DNA of 64,000 nucleotides from Candidatus Thorarchaeota archaeon (GCA_050124975.1 JASFEF010000002.1:22690-86689), one strand, 5' to 3'; counted from the stretch's first letter, positions 46,784 to 56,894 are shown. Translations and numbers: made by a program. The notes: generated by a model from the letters alone, not told the origin.

Positions 46784-47332
46784 TTGAAATCTAGAATAAC
46801 AAAACAAGGCAAAGAAAAGGAAACTCTGAAACAGCTGACATCTGGAGCACGACAGGTTCTGAGGGAACCAATTCTAAAGAAGCTTCAAGAAGGATCTGTC
46901 TTGAGCGAACCTCAGATGGAAACACTGCTTATTGACTTAGTAGTAGAAGACAGCTTTGGAGCACACATCACTTACGAGGACAAAGCAACATACCGATCAA
47001 AACGAGGGACTAGGTCAAAAGGTGTATCAAGGGGCTCTTTCAACAGAACACTGAATCAGGCTCGTCGGAATTTATCTCGTTGTCTTTACACGATGCTTCT
47101 GTTAGCATACCTAGGTCTTTTTGAACTTACAATATTCCGTCCTTTCGAGGAGGTTGCTGCTCGTATAGGAGATTATCGAAGGATTCGTGATATTCTTGCA
47201 GGTAAGACTGAACTTAGCACAGAGGAATTAGAAAGTGTCAGAGCAACTGAACGAACAATCATGTCAGCACTTGATGAGCTCTCATCATCACTCGCGCTCA
47301 AATCTGAGATATCAAAAAAGAAGTCTGACTAA
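46784..47332 (+). CDS. hypothetical protein with HTH-like segment
   Basis: 182-aa ORF. GVSRGSFNRTLNQARRNL resembles a sigma-4/LuxR-type HTH. Confidence 0.3.
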   Translation: MKSRITKQGKEKETLKQLTSGARQVLREPILKKLQEGSVLSEPQMETLLIDLVVEDSFGAHITYEDKATYRSKRGTRSKGVSRGSFNRTLNQARRNLSRCLYTMLLLAYLGLFELTIFRPFEEVAARIGDYRRIRDILAGKTELSTEELESVRATERTIMSALDELSSSLALKSEISKKKSD

Positions 47333-47735
47333 TCAGTAAAACAAAAGAAAACGGCTCGAGCGTGTCGCACCGAGAAGTATCCCGACGCGTTTGAGCACAG
47401 TCCTTCTTCACTACTCAAGCAACCATAAGGTCATCCTGGAGGTTTGTTTGAGGAGATAGAGATGACAATGACGAGCGCCTGAAACGTCGGAGAGGTGTGT
47501 CCTATCGACGTCGGCCTACTTGCCATTGTACGACACACTCATACTTTACTTGGTAACAACAATACATAGTTCTAATCTTAGAACGACATTTTCAAGTTGT
47601 TTTCAAACACAATTTGGCGCTTATCTCATTGATTTGATACATGTAATACAGTAAATACAAATCTCAATGTCCCAAGAAACCTTAATCACAATCCCAGAAG
47701 CTCTAGAAATAACCGACAATACGTAGTGATGTGAC

Positions 47736-48989
47736 TTGGCTGATGAGAATAGTCGTGATAGGATCTTCAAGGCAGTCAAGGAACGCATCAAAGAAACTGA
47801 TGAACAAGAACGAATACAAATGATAGCCAACACAATTGGAGACCGTCGGTATAGAGACCTAGTCGACATCGTGGCCAAGATTGAGGGAGAAAATGATTGG
47901 TCAACTGCACTTGAGTTTTTGATTAAGTCACAAAACAAGAAGTATTCCTCGCCGATGACAATAGGCCAGGATAAAACAGACCTCGAAGAGCTGAAGTTCA
48001 GAGAGATGGTGTTCGAGTTGTTATCATGCCGAGGACTGGAACCAATCCCGACGGACACTACGAATCTTCTCAAGAGCTTGGACAATGAATCTTCACTTGT
48101 TGATGCTTCACGTGTACTTGTGACTAGGTTGGAACAACTAGCTGAGCAACAAATCAAAGATGGTGATACACTATTCTTCGACTTCTCTGAAAACGTTTCT
48201 GTTTCTCAAGAAACAGTAGACTTGCTAAATCAGATCAGGAGTGAGAATGTTCATAGTCTCTCTATAGAGCAGAGTGGGAACCTATTCAAAATAGAACCTC
48301 TTTGGTACACCGAGTATGGTCGACTTACAATGTCTGCCCTAGGAATCAAAGGGAATGTAATCGACTCAGACACTCTTGACAGTGTATTATCAATATTACA
48401 AGTGCCTTCAGCCATCAGAACTAGCATTGTGAATGTTCATTCACTAAAAGAAATGAATAAAGACTTGTGGACTCGTCCTACAAATCAAACCTACAGAAAG
48501 CTACACACTCATCATATTCATCAAGAAGTGAATGATCTAAGACTATTAGCAAGCAGACATTCAATACCCTTGCTCAACACACTCCTCGATGAAGCATTAT
48601 CCACTTACGATGACACATCATCCACGACTGGATACAAAAACATACTAGATTGTATCAATGCACACATCTCAGTTCGTGATGTAGAATCTATCCTCGTGTT
48701 AGAGAAATCATCACGGATCAAGAACACGCGTATCGCAACCACAGCTATCTTGGCAATTGGTAATTTCTATAATGAATCGTCAGTCATGACGTTAGTGAAC
48801 TTGTTTTGTACCGGAAAAGATGATGCAATACTAAGGACAGTCACAAAGGCAATCGAGAATGTCTATAAGAAATGCCCAGAGGCCGATTATGTAATTGCCA
48901 GCTCATTAGACACTGAGTGTAGAAACCGTGGCAAACTGAAGAAGCTCTATAGACGTCTAAGCAAGGAAAAACCATTGTATTACCAGTAG
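47736..48989 (+). CDS. hypothetical protein (alpha-helical, HEAT-like C-terminus)
   Basis: 417-aa ORF with no recognised catalytic motifs. Confidence 0.35.
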   Translation: MADENSRDRIFKAVKERIKETDEQERIQMIANTIGDRRYRDLVDIVAKIEGENDWSTALEFLIKSQNKKYSSPMTIGQDKTDLEELKFREMVFELLSCRGLEPIPTDTTNLLKSLDNESSLVDASRVLVTRLEQLAEQQIKDGDTLFFDFSENVSVSQETVDLLNQIRSENVHSLSIEQSGNLFKIEPLWYTEYGRLTMSALGIKGNVIDSDTLDSVLSILQVPSAIRTSIVNVHSLKEMNKDLWTRPTNQTYRKLHTHHIHQEVNDLRLLASRHSIPLLNTLLDEALSTYDDTSSTTGYKNILDCINAHISVRDVESILVLEKSSRIKNTRIATTAILAIGNFYNESSVMTLVNLFCTGKDDAILRTVTKAIENVYKKCPEADYVIASSLDTECRNRGKLKKLYRRLSKEKPLYYQ

Positions 48990-49048
48990 TACATCAAATA
49001 CTGACTCCTACGACAGACATAAATCGCACTCACTTCTGGCGTGGAACT

Positions 49049-50434
49049 ATGAAGGGTTCTGAGACCGAGCTGGTCAAGAGCATGGATCCGTTCTTCAATC
49101 CAAAAAGGGTCGCTCTTGTTGGCGCGTCTACAGATTACAGGAAACTAGGCAATTCAATCCTGATGAACCTACTAGCATCTGAGATTGATGTGTTTCCAGT
49201 AACTCGCAGCAGAAACCGTGTACTGGGTGTGCAAGCTTACAAGAGTCTCAACAACCTCCCAGAACCTGTTGATTTAGTAATCGTGGCTGTAGCTGCAAAG
49301 TACTGTTCCTCACTTATGCCCGAGATTCGAAAAGCTGGTGCAAGAAATGCAGTAGTGATTTCCGGTGGATTCAGTGAGGCTGGTCCCGAGGGGGCGGAAT
49401 TAGAAAAGCATCTCGTGATGGCGGCTCAGGACGCAGGAGTTCGAATAATCGGTCCCAATTGTGTAGGAGTTTCTAACAGCCGTCTATTCAATGGCACATT
49501 TACCATGATGCCTGAACGGGGCAATATTGCATTTGTATCGCAAAGCGGAGCTCTTGGTGGGATGATTATCTACACAACCCGAGCCAAGAGAATCGGGATG
49601 AGTAAGTTCGCTAGCATTGGTAACTCTGCAGATGTAGGTTTCGTTGAAATTCTAAACTACTTCAAAGAGGACCAAAAGTCGTCAGTCATTGCGGCCTATG
49701 TTGAAGGTGTTGATGAGGGACGAGCACTATTCGAATCTTTACATGATGCAGCAAAAGTAAAACCTGTAGTTCTCTTGAAAGGTGGAAGGAGCGAGGCTGG
49801 TGGTCGTGCTACCTTGTCCCATACTGGATCATTAGCTGGTTCTACTAAGGTATTTGATGGAATGATTCGTCAAGCAGGTTGCGTCACTGCACCAACCCTA
49901 GATACCCTGTTTGAAATCTGCAAACTCTTTGATTATCAACCAATACCAAAAGGAAATCATATTGGTATCATTAGCAATACCGGTGGCGCTGGTGTCCTTG
50001 CTACAGATGCCGCATCTGATTTCAACCTTGAAATCGCTCAGCTCACAGAGGGAACAAAAGAAGAGCTTCGACAAGTTCTTCCTCCGATGGCATCAACAAA
50101 CAATCCAATCGATGTTGTTGCTAGTGGTGGTAGAAGAGAATACAGAATAGCTACTGAACTCCTATTGAAAGATAACAATGTCGACATTCTTCTTGTTATT
50201 TGTGCGGTTCCAACCTTTGCAGGGATGACACAGACAGAACATGCAGCTGGAACCTTGGAAGGTGTCCGTTCAGCTTCAATAGATAAACCAGTAGTAGGAG
50301 TGTGGTTAGCTGGTGATGTTGGCAAACCAGGAAAGGATCTCCTAGAAATGAATAGGATTCCATGCTATGATGACCCAGCACAAGCAGCACTCTGTATCGC
50401 ACGAGTGGCTGAATATGCAGAGATGCATCGTTGA
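49049..50434 (+). CDS. acyl-CoA synthetase (NDP-forming) alpha subunit (CoA-binding + CoA-ligase domains)
   Basis: KRVALVGAS and a conserved phospho-His segment (LSHTGSLAGS) are present. No ATP-grasp beta subunit is adjacent. Confidence 0.7.
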   Translation: MKGSETELVKSMDPFFNPKRVALVGASTDYRKLGNSILMNLLASEIDVFPVTRSRNRVLGVQAYKSLNNLPEPVDLVIVAVAAKYCSSLMPEIRKAGARNAVVISGGFSEAGPEGAELEKHLVMAAQDAGVRIIGPNCVGVSNSRLFNGTFTMMPERGNIAFVSQSGALGGMIIYTTRAKRIGMSKFASIGNSADVGFVEILNYFKEDQKSSVIAAYVEGVDEGRALFESLHDAAKVKPVVLLKGGRSEAGGRATLSHTGSLAGSTKVFDGMIRQAGCVTAPTLDTLFEICKLFDYQPIPKGNHIGIISNTGGAGVLATDAASDFNLEIAQLTEGTKEELRQVLPPMASTNNPIDVVASGGRREYRIATELLLKDNNVDILLVICAVPTFAGMTQTEHAAGTLEGVRSASIDKPVVGVWLAGDVGKPGKDLLEMNRIPCYDDPAQAALCIARVAEYAEMHR

Positions 50435-50470
50435 GTCTTATGCACTCTACTAACACCTATCTTTGAGCCC

Positions 50471-50490
50471 TAATACCAGTATTACAATTG
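50471..50490. terminator. hairpin TAATAC-CA-GTATTA + CAATTG downstream of the acyl-CoA synthetase gene
   Basis: Same motif as at 43629. The flanking ~30 nt are also similar. Confidence 0.4.
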
Positions 50491-50499
50491 ATAAACTGT

Positions 50500-50802
50500 C
50501 TAAGACTCAAGATACTCCTCAGCTATTTGCGGAAATTCCTGTGCAACTGCCTCACGGAGTTGTTTCTCTACCCACATACTCAGGTTGATTGCCTTTGATT
50601 GTCTGATTGCCTTCAGACAAGCTCTGAGATCAGTTGGAATGGAGAAAGAAACAATTGGACTCTTACGTTCCTTATTTGGAACAGAAGATATGAGTTCACT
50701 ATGCCTTTCTACTGGCACAGTTCCTCCAGTTGCTACCGTTGTTGATTTTTCTTCTCCGTCTTCTTTTTCCGCCTCTTTTCTATACTTTCCAAGTAGACTC
50801 AT
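50500..50802 (-). CDS. ribbon-helix-helix (CopG/Arc-like) small protein
   Basis: A beta-strand IVSFSIPTDL is followed by two helices. The likely start is the internal Met at 50802, one nt after the stop of the upstream AAA+ gene. Confidence 0.4.
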   Translation of the reverse strand: MSLLGKYRKEAEKEDGEEKSTTVATGGTVPVERHSELISSVPNKERKSPIVSFSIPTDLRACLKAIRQSKAINLSMWVEKQLREAVAQEFPQIAEEYLES

Positions 50803-50803
50803 T

Positions 50804-51838
50804 TCATTGTACCTCCTTGAGTAGAGTTGCATATGCTTCAGAAACAAGCTCAGCAATGTTCCTAGTCACGTCTGGATTTCCAGAATTTCTAAAATTCTCA
50901 GCCGCCACTTGTTGGCATCCACGCGCCAACATTCGTATATCACGTGGATTTCCTTTCGCTGCTGTATTGATGACTTTCACTGCATCATCAGAAAAGGGGT
51001 AAACATCATAGTCATCTGGATCGAAACTATCAATTTGTCCCTGTGCGTAAGCAATCCGTCGACCTATGAATTCCCTCGCCTTTGCATCATTAAGTGGGGG
51101 AACATCAAGAGGTTCGGTACGGTCAGCTATTTGCGGCAAGAATGAAAGCATCGCATTCCAGTATATCAGAGTTCCAGACATTACCAAGGTGAAAATGGGT
51201 TCATCAAGAGCTCCTGAGTAGGCATCAATCATCTCCTCAGTCGGCAAGTCTGCAAGGAACCTTAACTTGTGAAATGCAGCCTCTTGATTATCTGCAACAT
51301 CTTCAATGAACAATGCAGTACGACTCCTTTCTTCGAGATATCTTCGAAGACTTTCTTTCGCAACTGCATCAATAATCTGACTAGACTCCCATGACCTTCG
51401 ATATTTTATTCTAAGAGAATCAGCAATCGCCGAGGCCATTTGTTTCTCATAGAGACCGGTCATACCTACATAGCCAGTGATGAATTTGTTACCCTTGCGA
51501 TCAGCTAGTGTAGGTAGGTCTCTCAAGGCCAAGAGCATCAGTGTGCTTTTTCCTGAACCTACTGGTCCTCGAATGAAGACATGACGCTCATTCGTGATAA
51601 TCAGGTCAACAATGGAATCCAGAAAGTCACTGTCTTCTATATACAGACGACTGTCCGGCATCTTGAAGCCACGAAAAGGTGAGAATCTAGCACCAATCTT
51701 CTCTTCCCAAGCGCGAAGAACTTCTTTGCGTGTATTGAAGTGACGAATCAATGCACTCTCATAAATTGCAATTGTCATCTTGTGGGCCTCTAAAGATTTG
51801 GTATCACAAGTACTTCTTGTAATACAATTTCGAAACAA
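50804..51838 (-). CDS. AAA+ ATPase with Orc1/Cdc6-like sensor-2 but no winged-helix domain
   Basis: Walker A is IRGPVGSGKSTLM, Walker B is LFIEDV and sensor-1 is TLVMSGT. GNPRDIRMLARGCQQVAAE resembles the Orc1/Cdc6 GDAR...L.LL sensor-2 segment. The ORF is 344 aa; the start may be the internal Met at about 51778. Confidence 0.5.
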   Translation of the reverse strand: MFRNCITRSTCDTKSLEAHKMTIAIYESALIRHFNTRKEVLRAWEEKIGARFSPFRGFKMPDSRLYIEDSDFLDSIVDLIITNERHVFIRGPVGSGKSTLMLLALRDLPTLADRKGNKFITGYVGMTGLYEKQMASAIADSLRIKYRRSWESSQIIDAVAKESLRRYLEERSRTALFIEDVADNQEAAFHKLRFLADLPTEEMIDAYSGALDEPIFTLVMSGTLIYWNAMLSFLPQIADRTEPLDVPPLNDAKAREFIGRRIAYAQGQIDSFDPDDYDVYPFSDDAVKVINTAAKGNPRDIRMLARGCQQVAAENFRNSGNPDVTRNIAELVSEAYATLLKEVQ

Positions 51839-51969
51839 TCAATCTAGATATAAAATGTGTGGTAAATTGTGCCATTAATGCTATTCAGACACAACATTTT
51901 TGAAGAGAATGAACTGGCTGAGAGTTCAACCCAAGCTTCAATCTCAAAGCAATATAGGAGTAACTTGGA

Positions 51970-52248
51970 ATGGATGTTGATCGAATTAAACACATCATGA
52001 ACTCGCTGATGATTCTCTCTTTCCTCATTTTTGGCGCCCTATCAGGAATCATTCTGATAACAGATGTTCCATTGAACAATACATCCGTTTCTCTACCTTT
52101 CGCGTTCCTGTATATCTCCATAGTCACTTTTGTGATTACGGCTCAAATCAACGAGCGTCCAAAACTGATACAGAGGTACCTCCGTGACTGGTTGATCATC
52201 TGTTTCATAGGAATCATAATCAGTGCATTGGCTTTCACATTCTATTGA
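51970..52248 (+). CDS. small integral membrane protein, hypothetical (3 TM helices)
   Basis: 92-aa hydrophobic ORF. Confidence 0.3.
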   Translation: MDVDRIKHIMNSLMILSFLIFGALSGIILITDVPLNNTSVSLPFAFLYISIVTFVITAQINERPKLIQRYLRDWLIICFIGIIISALAFTFY

Positions 52249-52310
52249 TACGGAACACAAGAGTTTAGAACCGCCATGATATACCCCACGCTACTCCACC
52301 CCCTGTAGAA

Positions 52311-52955
52311 GTGACAACCATGAGTAAGATTCTGCCTGGCACAAAGACTACTCGCATGGAACTGCTCGCTCTAAAGAACAGAATGAGATTAGCTGAAAGA
52401 GGACACGATCTTCTGAGAGAAAAACGTGATTCTCTCATAATGGAGTTCTTCAATGCCATAGCAGAAATCAAAGAGGCTAGAGAGAAAGTCGATATCGCAC
52501 TCTCAGAAGCTTTCTCAGCACTTACTCAGGCAAAGATGGTAATGGGTCCTGCAAGAGTTGTAGAGTTTGCCTACTCCAGCAGGTTTGAGGCCAACCTCAG
52601 TATCTCAACAAGATCAATGATGGGGGTTAGGGTTCCAGTCCTATCAGTAGAACAACACACTCCTGATCTTCCCTATTCCCTCTCAGATTCAAGTGCCAAG
52701 TTTGATGTCATGAGTGACAGATTCAAAGAAGCATTGAATGCCATTGTTCGCTTAGCAGAAATCGAGTCAACAGTAAAACGTCTTGCTCTCGAAATCGAAC
52801 GTACAAAACGACGAGTGTCAGCCCTTGAGACCGTTGTGATTCCTCGTCTTGATGCAACTGCACGTTTTGTCAAGCTCGCACTTGAAGAACGAGAACGTGA
52901 AGACTTTGTTCGACTGAAGATGGTTCGTGATTGGATTACTCAGGAGGATGAGTAA
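52311..52955 (+). CDS. atpD: A/V-type ATP synthase subunit D
   Basis: Coiled-coil stalk subunit beginning ILPGTKTTRMELLALKNRMRLAERGHDLL. It is not accompanied by other ATP synthase subunit genes. Confidence 0.8.
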   Translation: MTTMSKILPGTKTTRMELLALKNRMRLAERGHDLLREKRDSLIMEFFNAIAEIKEAREKVDIALSEAFSALTQAKMVMGPARVVEFAYSSRFEANLSISTRSMMGVRVPVLSVEQHTPDLPYSLSDSSAKFDVMSDRFKEALNAIVRLAEIESTVKRLALEIERTKRRVSALETVVIPRLDATARFVKLALEEREREDFVRLKMVRDWITQEDE

Positions 52956-52962
52956 TCCGTTC

Positions 52963-52978
52963 GTATTATCTGTAATAC
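52963..52978. terminator. hairpin GTATTA-TCTG-TAATAC + AACAAC between the convergent stop codons of atpD and NAC
   Basis: Reverse-orientation copy of the motif at 43629 and 50471. Confidence 0.4.
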
Positions 52979-52985
52979 AACAACA

Positions 52986-53393
52986 CTAGCGTCTTAGTTT
53001 TAGTATGGCAGCTGCCAAATCGCCTTCAGTTTCTTCTAGGGCTTGTTTTGCGACTTGGATATCGACACCTGTTTGGCTAGCAACCAATGCTGCATCTTCC
53101 ATTGGAACTTCAATCTTCTTCTCAATCTCTGGTTCTGGGGATTCCTCAGATTTACCTACAACGCCTCCAGAAAGTCCCCGTTCAGTCCTGCTACCGGCCA
53201 CCTGAAACGACTCACTACCTGCCTGTTTAATCATCGTGACCTGAGCATTTGAAATGACCCATTCTTTATCAGCGAAGCGAATTATCACTTCTTTTACACC
53301 GTCCACTTCTTTCTGTTCAATACCCATTTTTTTCATCATTCGTGCCATTTGTTTCGGTGACATACCTCTGAATCCCATTTGATCAGTCTCCAA
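52986..53393 (-). CDS. nac: nascent polypeptide-associated complex protein (NAC alpha homologue) with C-terminal UBA-like segment
   Basis: 135-aa ORF with an N-terminal MGFRGMSPKQMARMMKKMGI segment, a NAC domain and the C-terminus ...EETEGDLAAAILKLRR. Confidence 0.8.
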   Translation of the reverse strand: METDQMGFRGMSPKQMARMMKKMGIEQKEVDGVKEVIIRFADKEWVISNAQVTMIKQAGSESFQVAGSRTERGLSGGVVGKSEESPEPEIEKKIEVPMEDAALVASQTGVDIQVAKQALEETEGDLAAAILKLRR

Positions 53394-53466
53394 TTCTTAA
53401 TGTTAAGTGTAGGTCAAATTCTTCACTCGTTTTCCATACCTGCTGGTTTTGCAATGGATAAAACGA

Positions 53467-54297
53467 TTACGCTTCGGGTGTTGTCGTGATATCAAACACA
53501 TAGTGTTCTATTCCAGGAGAATAGTTCTTCACATGGTGTACGTTAATGGTTGAAGAGTATCCATGATTCTTGCACACTTTTCTGATGCTCATCCTGACAT
53601 AATCCAATCCAGAATCAGGGACATTCATATGCATATGAACAACTCCTCCATCATCAACTAAGGCATTGAGAGCAAATGGAAGATATTCTATAGTGTCATG
53701 TAAATACCCCATGACAATTCGATTGGCTGTTCTCTTTGGATGAATCTCACGACAATCCCCTAGCAGTGCAGTCACCTTTTCTTCTAGATTATTCAATTTG
53801 ATATTTTCAAGCAAGAATCGGTACGCATCTTGGTTAATTTCTATCGCGGTGACCTCAACGTTAACTGACATAGCAATCTGAAGAGCAAATTGCCCCACAC
53901 ATGAAAACATGTCTACGATTCTTTCGCCCTCGTTTACTACTCTTGAGAGACGCATACGTTCTCTCCTGTTTCCTCCTGAGAATGTCAAACGAAGTGGGTC
54001 TAGCCGGTATTTGACCCCGTTTTCAATATGTGTAGTAATTGTATTACCATTTCCAGCAACCAACTCATACGAAGGCAGTCTTGTTATGCCTTCTGTAGGT
54101 CCTGTTCTAACAGCTACTGACAGTATACGCTGATCATATTCCAAGGTTTTTTCGCCAATAACTGAGGCATATTTCATTGTTTCAAAATCTAGATGTACTA
54201 GGGCAACATGTCCTACGAGATGGAAACCGGTGGGCAATACAATTTCACTAGAAACTATACCACTTAACCTGCTTCTGAGAAAATCCCTATACCTCAT
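53467..54297 (-). CDS. tRNA methyltransferase of the Trm5/Taw2 (Met-10+) family
   Basis: Class-I SAM MTase motifs are present (VVDMFSCVGQFAL; NPP-like region). Confidence 0.7.
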   Translation of the reverse strand: MRYRDFLRSRLSGIVSSEIVLPTGFHLVGHVALVHLDFETMKYASVIGEKTLEYDQRILSVAVRTGPTEGITRLPSYELVAGNGNTITTHIENGVKYRLDPLRLTFSGGNRRERMRLSRVVNEGERIVDMFSCVGQFALQIAMSVNVEVTAIEINQDAYRFLLENIKLNNLEEKVTALLGDCREIHPKRTANRIVMGYLHDTIEYLPFALNALVDDGGVVHMHMNVPDSGLDYVRMSIRKVCKNHGYSSTINVHHVKNYSPGIEHYVFDITTTPEA

Positions 54298-54323
54298 TGT
54301 AAGTCACAAGCTGCCAGACTTAC

Positions 54324-55526
54324 CTAGCAGTATATGCTACCAGGAGCGCGATCACCTAATCCTCGTTCTTGGACTTTGGAGATAGCTTTTCGAAAGTCGT
54401 CCTGATTGACACATGTCCTATTATCACGGATTGCAAACATACCTGCTTCAGTACATATTGTCTTGATATCCGCACCAGTTCTCCCCTGAGTCGCAGTGAG
54501 CAACTGATCGAAATCAACCGCAGTGTCTATTTTCATTCCACGGATATGAATCTTGAAAATCTCTCTTCTACTTGCGTCATCAGGTAATGGGAATTCAATA
54601 ATCCGATCAAAACGACCTGGTCTCAGAAGTGCTGGATCCAAAATATCTGGACGATTTGTTGCACCCAAGACAGCCACTTGTCCACGGGTTTCAAAACCAT
54701 CTAGTTCACTCAAGAGCTGCATCAACGTACGCTGAACTTCTCTATCACCTGAGGTTGCGATATCAAGCCTATGAGAACCTACTGCATCAAGCTCATCTAC
54801 GAAGATGATTGCTGGTGCTTTCTCTTTTGCAAGCATGAATATCTCCCTAACGAGTCGAGCCCCCTCACCGATGAATTTCTGAACAAGCTCTGAACCAATG
54901 ACACGAATGAAAGTGGCGTTCGTTTCATGAGCAACTGCTCGAGCGCTTAGAGTCTTACCAGTTCCTGGTTTCCCTGTGAGCAACACTCCCTTAGGCGGTT
55001 CAATACCCACCTCTTCAAATAATTCAGGTTTCAGAAGTGGAAGTTCTACAATTTCTCTAATTTCTCTAAGTACATCTTGGAGACCTCCTATGTCTTGATA
55101 TGATACATTAGGAGCCTCTTCGATTTCCATGGCTCGTATTATCGGATCACGAGATGGTGGAAGTTCTTGTGTGATTGCGAATGATCTTTGATTAAGTGCT
55201 ACTAGAGCCCCAGGTTGTAGTTTGTCCCTAGCAATTGATGAAGCCACATGAACAACAAAATTCGGACCTGTGGAACTCTTGACTATTGCTCTGCCATCCT
55301 CGAGCATCTCAGTTATTGTAGCAGTAATTAGAGGCGATTGTCTCAGTTTCTCAAGCTCAGTCCTAAGAGTTTGCGTTTCTTTCTCAAGTCGACTACGTTC
55401 GGCTTGAAGTATTTGTTTTTCTGTTTCCAATGCCCTGAGTCTACGTTCTAGATGCCTAGTGTAGCTCTGTGAGTAAGCCGAATCATCGACACTACCTTCA
55501 TCTTTTGCATCTGCAGTACCTGGCAT
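54324..55526 (-). CDS. pan: proteasome-activating nucleotidase PAN
   Basis: An N-terminal coiled coil is followed by an OB domain, an AAA module (GKPGTGKT; DELDA) and a C-terminal HbYX tail (…SIYC). The likely start is the internal Met; the longest ORF runs to 55655. Confidence 0.9.
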   Translation of the reverse strand: MPGTADAKDEGSVDDSAYSQSYTRHLERRLRALETEKQILQAERSRLEKETQTLRTELEKLRQSPLITATITEMLEDGRAIVKSSTGPNFVVHVASSIARDKLQPGALVALNQRSFAITQELPPSRDPIIRAMEIEEAPNVSYQDIGGLQDVLREIREIVELPLLKPELFEEVGIEPPKGVLLTGKPGTGKTLSARAVAHETNATFIRVIGSELVQKFIGEGARLVREIFMLAKEKAPAIIFVDELDAVGSHRLDIATSGDREVQRTLMQLLSELDGFETRGQVAVLGATNRPDILDPALLRPGRFDRIIEFPLPDDASRREIFKIHIRGMKIDTAVDFDQLLTATQGRTGADIKTICTEAGMFAIRDNRTCVNQDDFRKAISKVQERGLGDRAPGSIYC

Positions 55527-55677
55527 TGGATGGCACCTCAGGACTCCATCCACTGTAGATGATTTAAGGATTGCTTTGAGGGAGCCGCTAGCAATAGAGA
55601 ATCTCACCCATGAATATGTATAGTCGGCAATCTTTATCAACACACCCCGATTCAATAACTATCAGAGGGAATCTGCT

Positions 55678-56262
55678 GTGCCCAGTTGTGAACTATGTGG
55701 CAGAAATATGAAGGGTCGCGGCCGAAACGTGACAATTGAAGGAGCTTCAATGTCAGTCTGCCCCCAGTGTGCTGCCAGATTCGGTGGTCAACCCACATCT
55801 TCCGAATCTCGATCATCATCAGCTCCCCGAACACGCCCCTCTTGGGTAGGAGGTCCTGAAAGACCAACCACATCCCAGCCGAGGCGGTCTTCAACACCTA
55901 AACCTAAACACAAACGAAGAACTGGTGTCTTGATTGATGATATGGAACTGATAGAGGACTATGCTAAAGCAATACGTTCAGCCAGACAAAAGAAAAATCT
56001 CTCTCAAGAAGAACTAGCCCAAAAGATTGGGGAACGAATCTCAACACTACAATCAATAGAATCAGGTCGATTGAAACCAATAGGTAAAACCATACGAGGT
56101 CTTGAAAGAGAACTTGAAATATCTCTCTTAGAACCTGTTGGAACGGCGCCAATCAAGGTAAGCAAAGGAAAAGGTGGTGCTGGTCCTACCCTCGGTGACA
56201 GAGTAGTAGTGAAGAGGAAGAAGTCACAGAAAGCGCGTCAGGAAGATACCCAAGCGAAGTGA
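55678..56262 (+). CDS. mbf1: multiprotein-bridging factor 1 homologue (Zn-ribbon + Cro/C1-type HTH)
   Basis: CELCG...CPQC is followed by a low-complexity linker, the HTH NLSQEELAQKIGERISTLQSIESGR and a C-terminal TLGDR-like motif. Confidence 0.75.
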   Translation: MPSCELCGRNMKGRGRNVTIEGASMSVCPQCAARFGGQPTSSESRSSSAPRTRPSWVGGPERPTTSQPRRSSTPKPKHKRRTGVLIDDMELIEDYAKAIRSARQKKNLSQEELAQKIGERISTLQSIESGRLKPIGKTIRGLERELEISLLEPVGTAPIKVSKGKGGAGPTLGDRVVVKRKKSQKARQEDTQAK

Positions 56263-56360
56263 ATATATAGTATCTGGACGTATAATACTATAGGTGTAAA
56301 TTTCCGCTGCGGATGTTTTCGCTATTACTTGGGTCAGTCGACTAGCCACATTGCATTTGG

Positions 56361-56894
56361 GTGATTACTTCAATGGTTCATACTAATTTCAATCATGACC
56401 TCTTCCGTCTTGTTGTTGAGGAAATTGCAGGTAAGGAAGGGGTAGATGTATCGACTGTCCTAGTCAATGCAGAGGAAACCACTGACGAAGAAATAGCTAC
56501 AAAGACTGATCTCAAGCTCAATATTGTCCGAAGAATACTCTACAAGCTTCACGACAACCATCTGGCATCATACCGGCGAATTAGAGATGCAAACACTGGC
56601 TGGTTTCTGTATTACTGGAAGATTGATCCAAAAAAGGCGCAGGCTTTGGTCAATAGAAAAAAGAGAATGGTGCTCAATCTCCTTGAACAGAGACTAGAAC
56701 ACGAGAGCAACAATGACCTTTATACTTGCGTCAATCGTGACTCGTCTCCTGTGCCATTCGAGGAGGCAATGAACCTCTCTTTCCGCTGTCCCACCTGTAA
56801 TGGTCAACTAGAGTTTGTAGATAATGCACAAGCAATCTCATTCTTGAGAAAACGTGTCGAAGAGCTTAAAGCTGACCTAGAAGCAACCTCGTAA
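56361..56894 (+). CDS. tfe: transcription factor E alpha subunit (TFIIE-alpha homologue)
   Basis: A winged helix is followed by a zinc ribbon (CPTCNGQLEF). Confidence 0.75.
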   Translation: MITSMVHTNFNHDLFRLVVEEIAGKEGVDVSTVLVNAEETTDEEIATKTDLKLNIVRRILYKLHDNHLASYRRIRDANTGWFLYYWKIDPKKAQALVNRKKRMVLNLLEQRLEHESNNDLYTCVNRDSSPVPFEEAMNLSFRCPTCNGQLEFVDNAQAISFLRKRVEELKADLEATS

